DNA of 60,730 nt from Fonticula alba ATCC 38817. Taxonomy: Eukaryota > Protista > Nucleariida. The notes below the pieces were generated by a model that was not told the DNA's origin, did no database searches, and worked only from the letters and a program-made list of their open reading frames with translations. Below, in pieces: positions 24,019-35,800 of the stretch. Made by a program: the position numbers and the translations under genes. The first letter of the stretch is position 1; the number at the start of each line of letters is the position of its first letter. The stretch lies in NCBI GenBank assembly GCA_000388065.2, contig KB932218.1. The stretch is one strand, 5' to 3'.

Positions 24019-25855
24019 CTTGCCCCCAGGACAGCCAGCGGCATCCGGGGGCCGCATGCCCGAGACACAGGCATCGGGCATGACTGGATACCGGCTCTCT
24101 CCGGAAAAGCCCGGTGTCCGGGTTGCGAGCGAGGCCAAGGCGGTATGGGTATGGCGAAATGCGGGGCAACGCCCCAGGCATGCCGATGGCCGCAGGCGGA
24201 TATCCATTCTCGGTCGGCAAGGGACGCACCCAGGAGGAACCTGTCCGAGCGCGCATGGCCGCCCAAAGAACCTGCCCAAAGCCCCGCGTGTTCACCGAAC
24301 ATCGACGCATTACAGGGGAGGGGGGAAAGAAGCCGCGTGGGCTGGACCGGCGACAGACCATTGCCCTGAGGGGATGTACGCACACTCACGCGGAAGCAGG
24401 CGCCAGGTGGCAGATTGGCCCATGCCACTCGCTCCCCCCCCCCCCCCCTTTCGGCGTGTCAGCCCGAGTGCGTTCCGGATGGGCCCTCTCCGAAGGATGG
24501 GTCGTCGTGAGATGGCAATGCGGTGGCGTCTTAGCGCCCGAAAAGGGAGGGGGGCCTTCGGCCGGAGATTGGCAGGAACCCGGGCCAACACGACGAGAAT
24601 GTGTTGGGGTTTTTTCGGCTCAAGACACCCAATCAGCGCGGCAGATGGCAGTCCGGTGGGCAGGCCCGTGGCGCCCTGGGGCTAGTTGGCCGGACGCCTG
24701 GTTGGCACTCGTCGGCGGCTGTGCGAAGACAAACAGCATGCCCGTTGGTGACGGTCCGGATTTCTTGTTGCCCTTCTCCCCTTGACACGGATGTCCATTC
24801 CAAGTTGACAGGGGCATGTTCCTTTGAAGGGAGCCCCGAACGGAGCCCGCCAGCCAGGCCACCCAGTCCCAGCAGCAACGGCCAGGCCCAGGGTGCAGGG
24901 AAACGGCACGCAAAATGCCGCCCGGTCGGGCGGAGGCGCAGCCAGGCTCGCGGCGGCCACACAGCCCGACACCATGCGATGGCAGCTCGCCGCGGCGTAG
25001 AGCCCGGGAGGGGGGGGGGGNNNNNNNNNNNNNNNNNNNNNNNNNNNNNNNNNNNNNNNNNNNNNNNNNNNNNNNNNNNNNNNNNNNNNNNNNNNNNNNN
25101 NNNTGTTCGCCGGCCCGGCGGCCAACGGGGCCACCCAAACGGCCCCCCGTCCGGGGCCGGCGGGCCAAATGACTCGTCTGGCAGGGCCGGCCAGTCTGGT
25201 CAGCTAGGCAGGGTGCCACGTAGGTGCATGTGCCCCTGGAGGAGAACGAGCTTCCAAACGACCAGCGAAGGGGCCCAGAGCATGCCCACTTGCCCGGCTG
25301 GGGCCTGGCGCTGGGCGGGTGAAAATACCAGGCACCGGAAGAGTGCGTGCTTCTGTGTGTGCCCCCCCCCCCCTCCTCCTGCAGGCTGGCTGGCTGGCCG
25401 GCCGTTTCTCGTTCTGCTGGTCAAGATGGAGAACGAAGCAGCTACAGGAGTGAATTAGTCCCGAGCCCCTGGTTGGGTGAGGATGTCTCTCCAGTTGGCA
25501 GAAAAGCCCCACCCAACCGCCGTCTTTCCCCTGGTTGGTCCTCGTCCGGTGGAGCGCCCCCGCCCTCCCTCCCTCCCACTCGCGCCCCTGGTCCGGACCC
25601 TCAAATGAAGGCGCCGCCGCTGGGCAGCTCGCTGGCCGAGCCAGCCGCCGGGCCGCCAGGACTCCCAGCTACCTTCCCTTGGCGGGCTTGGCCGCGCGGG
25701 GCCCGGCTCTCTTGGTAAGGGGTCGGGTGTGGCGTATTCTCACCAGACGTAGGGGAGCCGCTCCGTGCCCTGCCCTCGTCGGCGCAACCTAGTGCACTTG
25801 AGATGTTGTGTTATCATCAGCGGGGCTGCATTCCAGGCGCAGGGGGCCCGGGTGG

Positions 25856-25858
<3 letters not shown>

Positions 25859-25905
<47 letters not shown>
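25859..25905. repeat. (TG)n microsatellite
   Basis: Seen directly. Confidence 0.95.
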
Positions 25906-25906
<1 letters not shown>

Positions 25907-26325
25907 GGAGGGAGGGGAGAGACTTTTTCCGGCTGGAATAGCCAACTGCATTGAGCCGGCTTCGCTTGAGTGTGTAAGTGCGTGTGCACATATCCGCGTG
26001 AGAAGACCTCGAGAGAAACTGATTGTGCTTGGACAAGGACGCAGGCCCGTGGACCGGGGCAGAGAACAGACAGGGGGAACAAACAAAAAAAAAACAAGGG
26101 CCCCCAGTCGGAGTTTTTAGACACAATGGGTCTGCAATCGTCGGCGGCCCGGAAGGGACTGGAAAGCAGCTGGGGGATTGGAGGCCCAAGAGTCCATGTT
26201 TTCACATACACAGACACACGCCACACGGGCACGGACATGTATGGGCATTGGTGCACAGAGGGACACGCGGGCGCACGGAGAGGCACATGCAGATGCACGA
26301 GCAGACACCCGCCCAGCCACCTGAC

Positions 26326-26428
26326 CACACACGCACACGCACACGCGCACGCACACGCACACGCACACGCGCACGCACACGCGCACGCACACGCACGCAC
26401 ATGCAGGCACGGACACACAGGTAGATAT

Positions 26429-26463
<35 letters not shown>

Positions 26464-26560
26464 CATAAACACACACGCACGCACACAAACAAACAGACAC
26501 ACATACGCACATACGCACATACGCACATACACACAAATAGTAGATAGACAGACATACAGA
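26326..26560. repeat. Compound (CACG)/(CAGA)/(CATACG) microsatellite upstream of the receptor kinase
   Basis: Seen directly. Confidence 0.9.
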
Positions 26561-26839
26561 CACATGCACGGAGCATCGCGTGCGCCTGGACCATAGAAAG
26601 GGGATTGGCATGGGACCCGGTGATGTGCAGGTATCGGCACTGGCTTTTCCCCCGCACCTCGTCCCCGTTTCCCGAACCTCCTCCTCATCGTCTCCCTCCG
26701 CCGTCGCCCCCTCCTATCCGGAGACACCGCCTCCCTCGGCGCAAACGAGCCCCACACGGCGTCGTAAGAGCGCACCCATATGCATGGCCGCCGAACGGCC
26801 ACCAGGCCGAGCTGGCCGCCCCGCGCAACACATGCCCAC

Positions 26840-29800
26840 ATGCCGGCCATCCTCGGGCGGTTGCTCCTGCTGCTGATGCTGGCAGTGGGATACAGCGCCA
26901 GCCAGCCGGCCATGAAGCTGTCGGCCACTTGGCCGGCATTCCACCTGCTGACCATCCTGAAGGACCCGTCGCAGGAGGCCATCAATCCCAAGACCAACAT
27001 CCGGTTTTGCGACTTCTTCAATAGCCAATCGTTGCTCCTCCACTCGGCCGATGGATTCGACGACCTGGCCTACCAAAGCAGCTTCTACAATATCGCCACC
27101 TCGCCGGAGGCCCGGTCCGGCAGGCAGGCCTCCCGGCCGCGGGAGTTCCTCATCGGCCCGCATGGCAAGCATGCACACACCTGCTACTCCTATCCCTTTG
27201 CCCGACGCCCATTGGTGCCCTTTTCCAGGGACATGTACTTCCTGTCGTTGGATAAGCCGAATGTCGATGAGGCGATGGCCATGGGCGAGAGGTTGGTCTT
27301 CCCGCGAGAGGGATTCATCGTGCATGAGGTGCAAGTGAGCGACCTCTCGGCCATGGTGGTTGGCACGACCGCGGCCGGAAGGCCCTTCGCCCTGGCAGTG
27401 AACGCTGTCATGGGGCGTTTGGAATTTTCCTTCCTCCAGGAGTATTACGAAAAGCACACCTCACTGATGTCGGACTTCGAGGGGTTCACCTTCCTGCAGG
27501 CCACCGACTTGGATGGAGACGGTCTGGTGGATGCGGTGACTGTGGCCTGGCTTTCGGACGCCGCCAACACCAATGCCCAGGCGGCATGTGCCACTCCACA
27601 GATGGCGGCTTTGGCACTCGGGCAGTGTGTCGCCGCCGCCGAGTGGCCCCACGGCGAGCAAGAGGCACCGGCCGAAGCGGCAATGTCCGCGGATCGCCGG
27701 CAGCGGGGGCTCTATTGGCTGAGCCGGCTCGGCGAGGCGGCCCTCGAGCCAAACCAGCCTGCCAACCGCTATGGGGGGCCGCGCGCGCGCACGCGCACGC
27801 CGCGGTCTGGTGGATGCGGTGACTGTGGCCTGGCTTTCGGACGCCGTCAACACCAATGCCCAGGCGGCATGTGCCACTCCACAGATGGCGGCTTTGGCAC
27901 TCGGGCAGTGTGTCGCCGCCGCCGAGTGGCCCCACGGCGAGCAAGAGGCACCGGCCGAAGCGGCAATGTCCGCGGATCGCCGGCAGCGGGGGCTCTATTG
28001 GCTGAGCCGGCTCGGCGAGGCGGCCCTCGAGCCAAACCAGCCGGCCGATGTGAGCCTGCTGCTGGCCCTGCCGGCTGACATGGAGGTGGGCCAGCTGCTG
28101 GTGGGGGACTTTGACGGAGACGGCCGGGCTTCGGATGTGGCCGTGGTGTCGGGCCCCTTTACTAGCGGGCCACCGCGAGTCATCCTGCTGCTGACATCGG
28201 ACCTGGCCTCCCCGATGACCATCTTCCTGAGCGACATGGCCGAAGGCGACCCGGCCTTTCTCNNNNNNNNNNNNNNNNNNNNNNNNNNNNNNNNNNNNNN
28301 NNNNGCGGGCCACCGCGAGTCATCCTGCTGCTGACATCGGACCTGGCCTCCCCGATGACCATCTTCCTGAGCGACATGGCCGAAGGCGACCCGGCCCTCG
28401 TGACACATCCCCGGGACCGCTACTACCCGAAGGCGGCGGCCGCGCGGCTGGCCCACCCCCAGGCCGATGACTTGGTGGTGGCCCTGGGATCGCAAGTGTG
28501 GCTGGTGCCCGGGCCATTGGTCCCGGCCGGCCAGCCATCCGGACACGAAAGCACCAGTCTCGGGGCTCAGCCGCTGGTGCCGAGGCACCGGTCGGTGACC
28601 GGCGTCTGGCAATCGGTGGCCTTTGGCGACTTCGACCAGGATGGCCGATTGGACATGGCCCTGGCACATTCCAGCTCCGGCGGCAATGTCCTGCTGCTGG
28701 GGCAGGTGGATGCCACACCGCGGTGCCTTTGCGGCCCGGCGGGCGTTTGCAATGCCAACCCGGAGGACCCCTACCAGGAGCCGACATGCGAATGTGAGGA
28801 CCCGAAAGCCGACCTGGACTTCCCCCTGGCCCGGTGTGAGTTCTGCCTGCCCCGCTACTTCCGAGGCCAGGGTGCGTGTTTCCCGCTGGGGGGCTTGGCA
28901 AAGGGGCGAACGGGTGGCCAGGTAGGGGCGGCGGGGGGGGGGGGGGGGGGGGGGGGGGGGAGAGAAAGGAGACAAGGCTGGGGGGGGGGGGGGGGGGGGG
29001 GGGGGAAAGGGCGAAACCAATTCAGAGACAGAGTGGGGCCGGGGAGGTGTGCGACGAAATTCGCACTTCAGGGCCAGCTTGACCCGTTCCCTGAGCGGGG
29101 ACGCGCCTCCGGCATACCGGCCCTTTGCATGGTGCACTGACGTGACATTTGCCTGCTGGGCCCCGGGAACGGGACGAAACCCCGGGGACGCGGCCGAAAG
29201 ATGGATTCTGCCAACCGTGCCACGGGACATGCGACACATGCGCCGGGCCGGCGGAGACCGACTGCCTCAGTTGCCTACCCGGAGCCGCCCTGCAGGCGAC
29301 CCAGTCACCGGCCGGACGCTGCATGTCGGTCTCGGCAGGCAGCCAAGTGACCGTGTCCTTCTCGAGCCCCCAGTGGCCATACTACCAGGCCAGCCAGGTC
29401 ATCAGTTTGACATACAATGTCCGGTCGGCACATCCCTTCCTCTTGCATGATCGCGCATTCTGGCTTCCCCGGATAATGGAGCTCTGGCCACAGGGATTGC
29501 AGGTGGACGCCTCGCGCGAGCCGGGACTGGCCGAGGGCATCAACATTGGGGAGAACATACTTGTACTCCAGGAAGACCCCTTGGGCAGGGAGTTCCAGGT
29601 GACCAGCGAGTGGTATGATAGCCTTCTCGTTAGTACGATTTCCGGTCCGGCAGGATCACGGACCATGGTACAATCGTGGAATGGCCTGGAGCACTGCGTC
29701 AGATCCCAAACCCATGGAGCATGTGTCTGGATCCAAACCTACCCGACGCCGGGTGGCGCCAACATCCACATGGGTCGGGTGGGCAGGACAGCCGGCGGAT

Positions 29801-32800
29801 CGACCTCCAGCGAGCAGGAGCCCCCCATGGTGGGGATCATCAGCGACGGTCGGATTGGCCGCCGGCCGTTGGCCACCACGCCGGTAGCCGGGGCCCTTTG
29901 GCTGGAAGCCGACAACCACCTCGGCCTGGACACGGTCCTGGTGCTGCATGAGGCCCCGTCGGAGCTCGAGGACGATATTTGCTGGCTGGGATGGCAGCCG
30001 CGCCTGGTGAAAGACGAGGCACAGGCCGCGCATGTGCCGGAGCCCGAGCGCCTGCTGGCAGATCCGCTGCCCTGTGGCCAGTTGCTGGGTTTGCCGGCGG
30101 TCGGGGCCACCGGCCGGCCGCCGGTGCTGCTGGCCGCCCGCCGGCCGGCGGCGGATGGGCCGGTGCTTTACATCTTGCGGAACCGCGCCCGTCCGGGGGA
30201 CAATCGACCGCGCTTTGAGGCCCCGGTGGCCTTGCTGACCACCGGCCAGCTGGGCCACCCGGCTGGCAAGCGCCTGGATCATGTGCAGGTGATTGTCGAC
30301 CGCCATGGCCTGACGCCCACCAGGGCCGTCCTCTTCCTGGCCGATGGGAACTGGGTGTTCCGCGTGGTGCTGGAGCAAGATACGACATACGACGGAGCCG
30401 GCCATTCGCACCATATCCAGGTGATGGTGGAGCCGCTCATTCCACGCCACACGGCCGCCGTCTTTGGCCCGGAGCCGAAGATGATGCTGGCCCTGGATAT
30501 CGACGGGGATGGGGTGTCCGAGTTGGCCATTTTGAAGCCGGAGGACCGGACGTTGGTCATCTTCCGCCAAGCGTCCGAGGACAATGGCTGCGGATGTGGC
30601 CGTGCCGGACAATGCACCATCCCGGACGAATGGCATGCAATTCCCTGCGAATCGACCGACGCCCGGTGCGTGCCCTGGCCGACGGGCATGCGTGTGGCGG
30701 ATCTGTGCACTTGCGGGGCGGGGCACCATTCGGACCCGACAGGCGAGGAGCTGTGCGTGCAGTGTAACTCGACCGTGTCCGGTGTCTTCCCGCCGACATT
30801 TGGCGGTACGTTGCGGGGGCTTTCGGTTGCTGCGACCGGGCGGGGAGGGGGGGGGGGCACGCTTACCTTTCTTCTCTTGCCCACTTTTGCCTTTGTCCGG
30901 GGAAGGCGCTACTCGTGCTTACCCCGCCTGTATCACCCCCATGCATGTCACCTCACCTCTGACGGGTGTCCTGTTTGCCGGCGGCGACCCGCCGCATCCT
31001 CTCTCCCTCTCTCCCTCTCTGCCTCGCTGTCTCCCGCCCGACACCCAGTGGACTGTGTCGCATGCGAGGTGGACGGCTGCTACTTGTGCACCGCCTCCGG
31101 ACGGTGTTTGCGCTGCCGGCCAGGGCTGGTTTTGACACCGGACGGCCAGTGCGCGACCGCCTGCCCGGACCCCGATGCCCCGGTGGAGGACGGCCAGTGC
31201 CGGTCCCCCACCCCGGCCGATGTGTGGGTCAGCGCCGCCGAGGTCCAAGCGCACGCCTCATGGGCCGGGGCCCGGGTGGTGGATGTGTCGAACCTGCGCC
31301 CGGTCACCCACCCGGCCATGCTGCCCGGCAGCCGGGCCATAGCCAGCACCTTCCCCTCGTTGCATGTTTTGGCCCCTGGCGATCCCCAAGGCAGGGACAG
31401 TGTTTGGCTGCTGCCAGCGGCCAGCCTGCTGGCCGATGGCCGTGCCAGCCCCTTTGGCCGGCTGCACCTGCGCAATGCAGTCCACTGGCTAAGAGACACA
31501 TGCTTTCACTTGGCCCCGGGCGTGGTGACGAACAATCTGTCGGCGACCGCCAGCATGGCGGCCGACACGACAGCCGGTCCAATGCCACCACCTCGGCGGG
31601 AGGGCCGTTTCCCCGGCTGGCCGGGTCGCCCGGCTGGGGGGGCTCCTTGGCGAAGGCCATCCGGCGCAGGTGGCGATCGCGCAGCATCGACCTGGGCCCG
31701 GGGTGGTGAGGCACCTCACGGCGAAGAAGCGGACCTCCGGGCCGGCGCCCATGGAGCAGCACCGGCCTCCAGCCGGCCGAGGCACCCACGACCTGAAGCC
31801 ATGTCGGGCTTGGCCGCCGGCTGGGGAGCATTCGCAAGCCCGCCGGGGGAAGGCCCAACCGCTGCCGGGGTGACCCCGGTCCAGTCTAGGGTTGACCACT
31901 CGCGCGCGGACATCGTGGCCCGGGACATCATCGTATCCCAGGAGCTGCCCATCCGGCGGCCATGGTTTGCCGCGCTGGCGGAGCCCTTCCCGGCGGCCGA
32001 CCCGCAGCCGGGGGCAAGCGCCACCGGGCAGCAAGCCCATCCGGAGGGGATGTACATCCAGCAGAAAATTGGCTACTTCTACACCGTCTTCGAGATGGTC
32101 GCCGGGGTGGAGGTGGCCGAGGATGAGGGGCGCATTTGCTCGGCCGATGGGGTCCTCCTGCCGGCGGTCACGCGCCTGACCAGGCACGGATCTCTCGAGG
32201 GCACCCAGGTGTTTGGCGGGGAAAATTGCTTCTCCCAGGATGTGTGGCTGCCCTTCCCGGCCAGCGAGCTGTCCATGCCGCCGGGCACGCAAGACTGGTG
32301 GCTCAGCCAGGATGCATACTTGCTCCTACGACAGCCGACCACCGGGGCGGCCCAGCCGAGCCTGGTGTTCATTTGGCCGGCCAATGACTGGATCCCGGCC
32401 AGACCGGAGTGCCACTTGCGGATGATGGAAATCCCCCTCATTCCAGGGTCATGGCGCTTGCCGATCGTGGCGATCCACGAATCACTGATGGCCTTGGAGA
32501 CCGAATACTTCTTCATGCGTGTGCCATCCATTCGGGAGTTCCACCCGACAGCCTCGGCCTCCGGGCCGGGAGTGGTGTACTTTGAGAATCCGCTGATTGC
32601 GGAACACAAGTTGCTGGTGGCCCTGGCCCCGGAAGAGCCGGCCATCATGGCGGACTTGCAGCTGGTCACCATGCTGCCGAGTAATAGCCACTGGTATATG
32701 GTATTTGTACGGACAGACGGCCAGGCCGACAGCATCATGGCCATGCCGGTGGACTGTCTGGTGGAGAATCATGCCAATTGGCAGGAGGCCCCCCGAACAT

Positions 32801-35800
32801 ACGGGACCCCAGGGCGATCCTGGCCCACGGCCAGGCCGACATATGGCTGCGAAGCGTTGCTCCTTGAAACCCGGCCGCTGGAGGGGGATGGCCCGCACGG
32901 CCGGCCGCTGGCCCGGGCTCGGGACATGAACAGCGATGGGCTGGACGATTTGGTGCTCCACTGGCCGACTTCCGGCCGGGTGGTCGTGTACATGACCCAG
33001 TCGACATTGCCGCTGTCCTTCCGCCAGACAGTCGTCCTGCCCGGGCGAGTGACCACCGAATCGATGGCGCCCCTGGCCACCGAGTATCCGGTGCTCCTGG
33101 ACCCGACCCTCTTCATGGTGGATGTAGATGGGGATCGCTTCTTGGACATTGTCATCTTGGAGCACGCCGCCGCCGCCGCCACCACCACCACCTCGGCCAT
33201 GATGATGGCCGACCAGGGGGCCGGGCTGTCGTCGCTGCCGCCGGCCGCGCCGCCGCTCACCCTCCGGGTGTTCGGCCGGTCGGACCAGACCAACGGCTGG
33301 TGCCCGGCCGGGGTGGACTTTGACCCGCTCACCGGCGAGTGCCAATGCCCCGGCCAGCTTCGCCACATGACCCCGCTGTCGGATGAGTGCGAGTGCATCG
33401 AGCATGCGCTGCCCGTGGCCCCGGGGGCGGCGGACTGCACCTGCCCGGCCACCATGGTCCCCGGGGTGGGAAGATGCATTTGCGAGGCGGGCCTGCTGCC
33501 GGTGGCCGACGAAGCCACCGGCAAGGCCATCGCGCCGGCCCGGTGCGAGGCCTGCCATGCCAGCTGTGCGGCCTGCTCGGCCACCCGGCCGGGGCTGTGC
33601 GCGGCCTGCCCGCTGGGGCAGCTCCTGCTGGCAGGCGTGTGTGTGCCGTCGTGTGGCAGCGGCTTTTTCGTGGGCCCAGACGGCCGGCAGTGCATCACCT
33701 GCGCGGCCACCTGCGCCGCCTGCCTGGGGCCGGCCAGCAGCCAGTGCACGGCGTGCGCCGGGAACCGGTACCTGCCGGGCGGCGTGCCCGGGACCTGCCG
33801 GGCCTGCGACGCGGCCTGCAACAAGTGCCTCGGTCCGACGGCCTCGCAGTGTGTGGCCTGCGCGGCCGGCTGGCTGCGGGCCCCGAGCGGCGAGTGTGTG
33901 CGCACCTGCCCCGAGGGGACCGGCCTCTCGGCCCCCGGGTCCGGGGTGTGCGCCGCCTGCGCCGATCCCGGCTGTGCAATGTGCGTCACGGCCCAGGCCG
34001 GGGCCATCTGCCAGGCCTGCCGGGATGGATTGCAGATCGATCCCTCCGGCAAGCGATGCATCCAGTGCCATGCGTCGTGCGACACGTGCAGCGATGACGG
34101 ACCGGCCGGGTGTCTGACCTGCGCGCCGGGGCTCCTGATGCACGAGTCGGCCTGCGTGGCTGCCTGCCCGGCCGGGACCTTCGCCAGCGGGGCCCTGTGC
34201 GAGCGGTGCTCCAGCCGGTGTGCCACGTGCAGCGGGCCCCTCTCCAGCGAGTGCCTCTCCTGCCCGGACGGGTGGTTGCAGCAGGCGGATGGGGCCTGCC
34301 TGCCGGGCCCCTGCCCGACGTGCGTCTGCAATGTCGCCGACTGCGAGGCCTGCAGCCCGACCGACCCGGACGAGTGTCTCATGTGCGGGCCGGGGCTGCT
34401 GCTGTCGCCGGATGGCACATGCACGAGCGCCTGCCCCTCCGGCATGTACGCCCCCCCGAGTGGCGATAAGTGCCAGGCCTGCGATGTCTCCTGCGCCGAG
34501 TGCACCTCGGGCCAGCAGAGTGCCTGCACTGCCTGTCCAGGGACGCATGTACTGCACCACGGCAAGTGTCAGGAGGCATGCCCGGCCATGTGGTTCTCCC
34601 AGGAGGGCGGCGTCTGCACGCCCTGCCACGGGTCGTGCCTGTCGTGTGGCGGCTCGGGCGAAGACCAGTGCCAGGTGTGCCTCCGGTCGCACATCTTCCA
34701 CCAGAACCACTGCCTGAAGAACTGCCCGCCGTCCAGCACCCCATTGGCAGGGAGGTGCGTCGAGTGCGACATGTCGTGCGTCGAGTGTGTCGGGCCCACC
34801 CCCGGCCAGTGCACGGCCTGCTCGCCGGCCAGGCCGCAGCTCTGGGAAGGCAGCTGCTTGGAGGAGTGTCCATTGGGGACCTTCTCCGAGGCGGGCGTTT
34901 GTCTTCCCTGTGGACCGTATTGCCTGTCGTGCGTCGGGGCCGCCAGCCACCAGTGCACCCAATGTGCGGGGGACTTGCTGCTCCACCCGACGCATGGGTG
35001 TGTGTCGGCCTGCGGTACGGGGCTCCTGCCGGAGGGGAACCGATGTGTGCCCTGCGATGCAGGCTGCCGGCATTGCCAGGACACGCCTGGCCATTGTGTC
35101 CAATGTCCGGCGGGCACATTCCTGGGCACCACGCCCGGCACATGTGTGGCGGCGTGCGGCGACCGGGAGTTCGTCGACATGTCGCTGCCGACCACGGCCC
35201 GGTGCGTCGGCTGCCATGGGGATTGCGCCTCGTGTGAGGGGGGCCCCCGGGCGGAGCACTGCACCACCTGTGTGCCGGGGCTGACGCTGCGGGTTGGGAC
35301 CGGCTGCGCGGCCGACTGTCCGGCCGGCTTCTTCGAGGCCGAGGGCCCGTGGCCGGGGACGCGCCAATGCGCCCGCTGCGCGGCCGAGTGCACTGCCTGC
35401 ACCGGGCCCGACGCGCCGGCATGCACCCGATGCATCGAGGACCGCCTGCTGCTGGTCGGGTCGGGCGTCTGCCTGCCAGTCGAGCAGGCTGCCTGCCCGA
35501 GTGGCTGGCACATGGATGCCGCGGGTCGGCGCTGCTTGCGCTGCTCCGACGGGTGTCTGTCGTGCGACGGGGCCGCCGAAGACTGCGAGCAGTGCACCCC
35601 GGGCATGCATTCCATCCGCCTGCTGGACCGCAAGCCGACCGATGGTGCTCCAGTGGGAACCGGCCCGCGAACGTGCGTGGTCCTCTGTCCGGATGGCTGG
35701 TTTGTCCAGGCCGCCGGCAGTGCGTCGCACTGTGCCAGCTGCGATGGGGTCTGCGCCACGTGCGATGGCCCCGGGCCGGATGGGTGCCTCCTACGGGACT

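Noticed and set aside
28165-28396. Apparent second internal duplication in the receptor kinase
   Set aside because: The copies directly flank an N gap, typical of an unmerged contig overlap.
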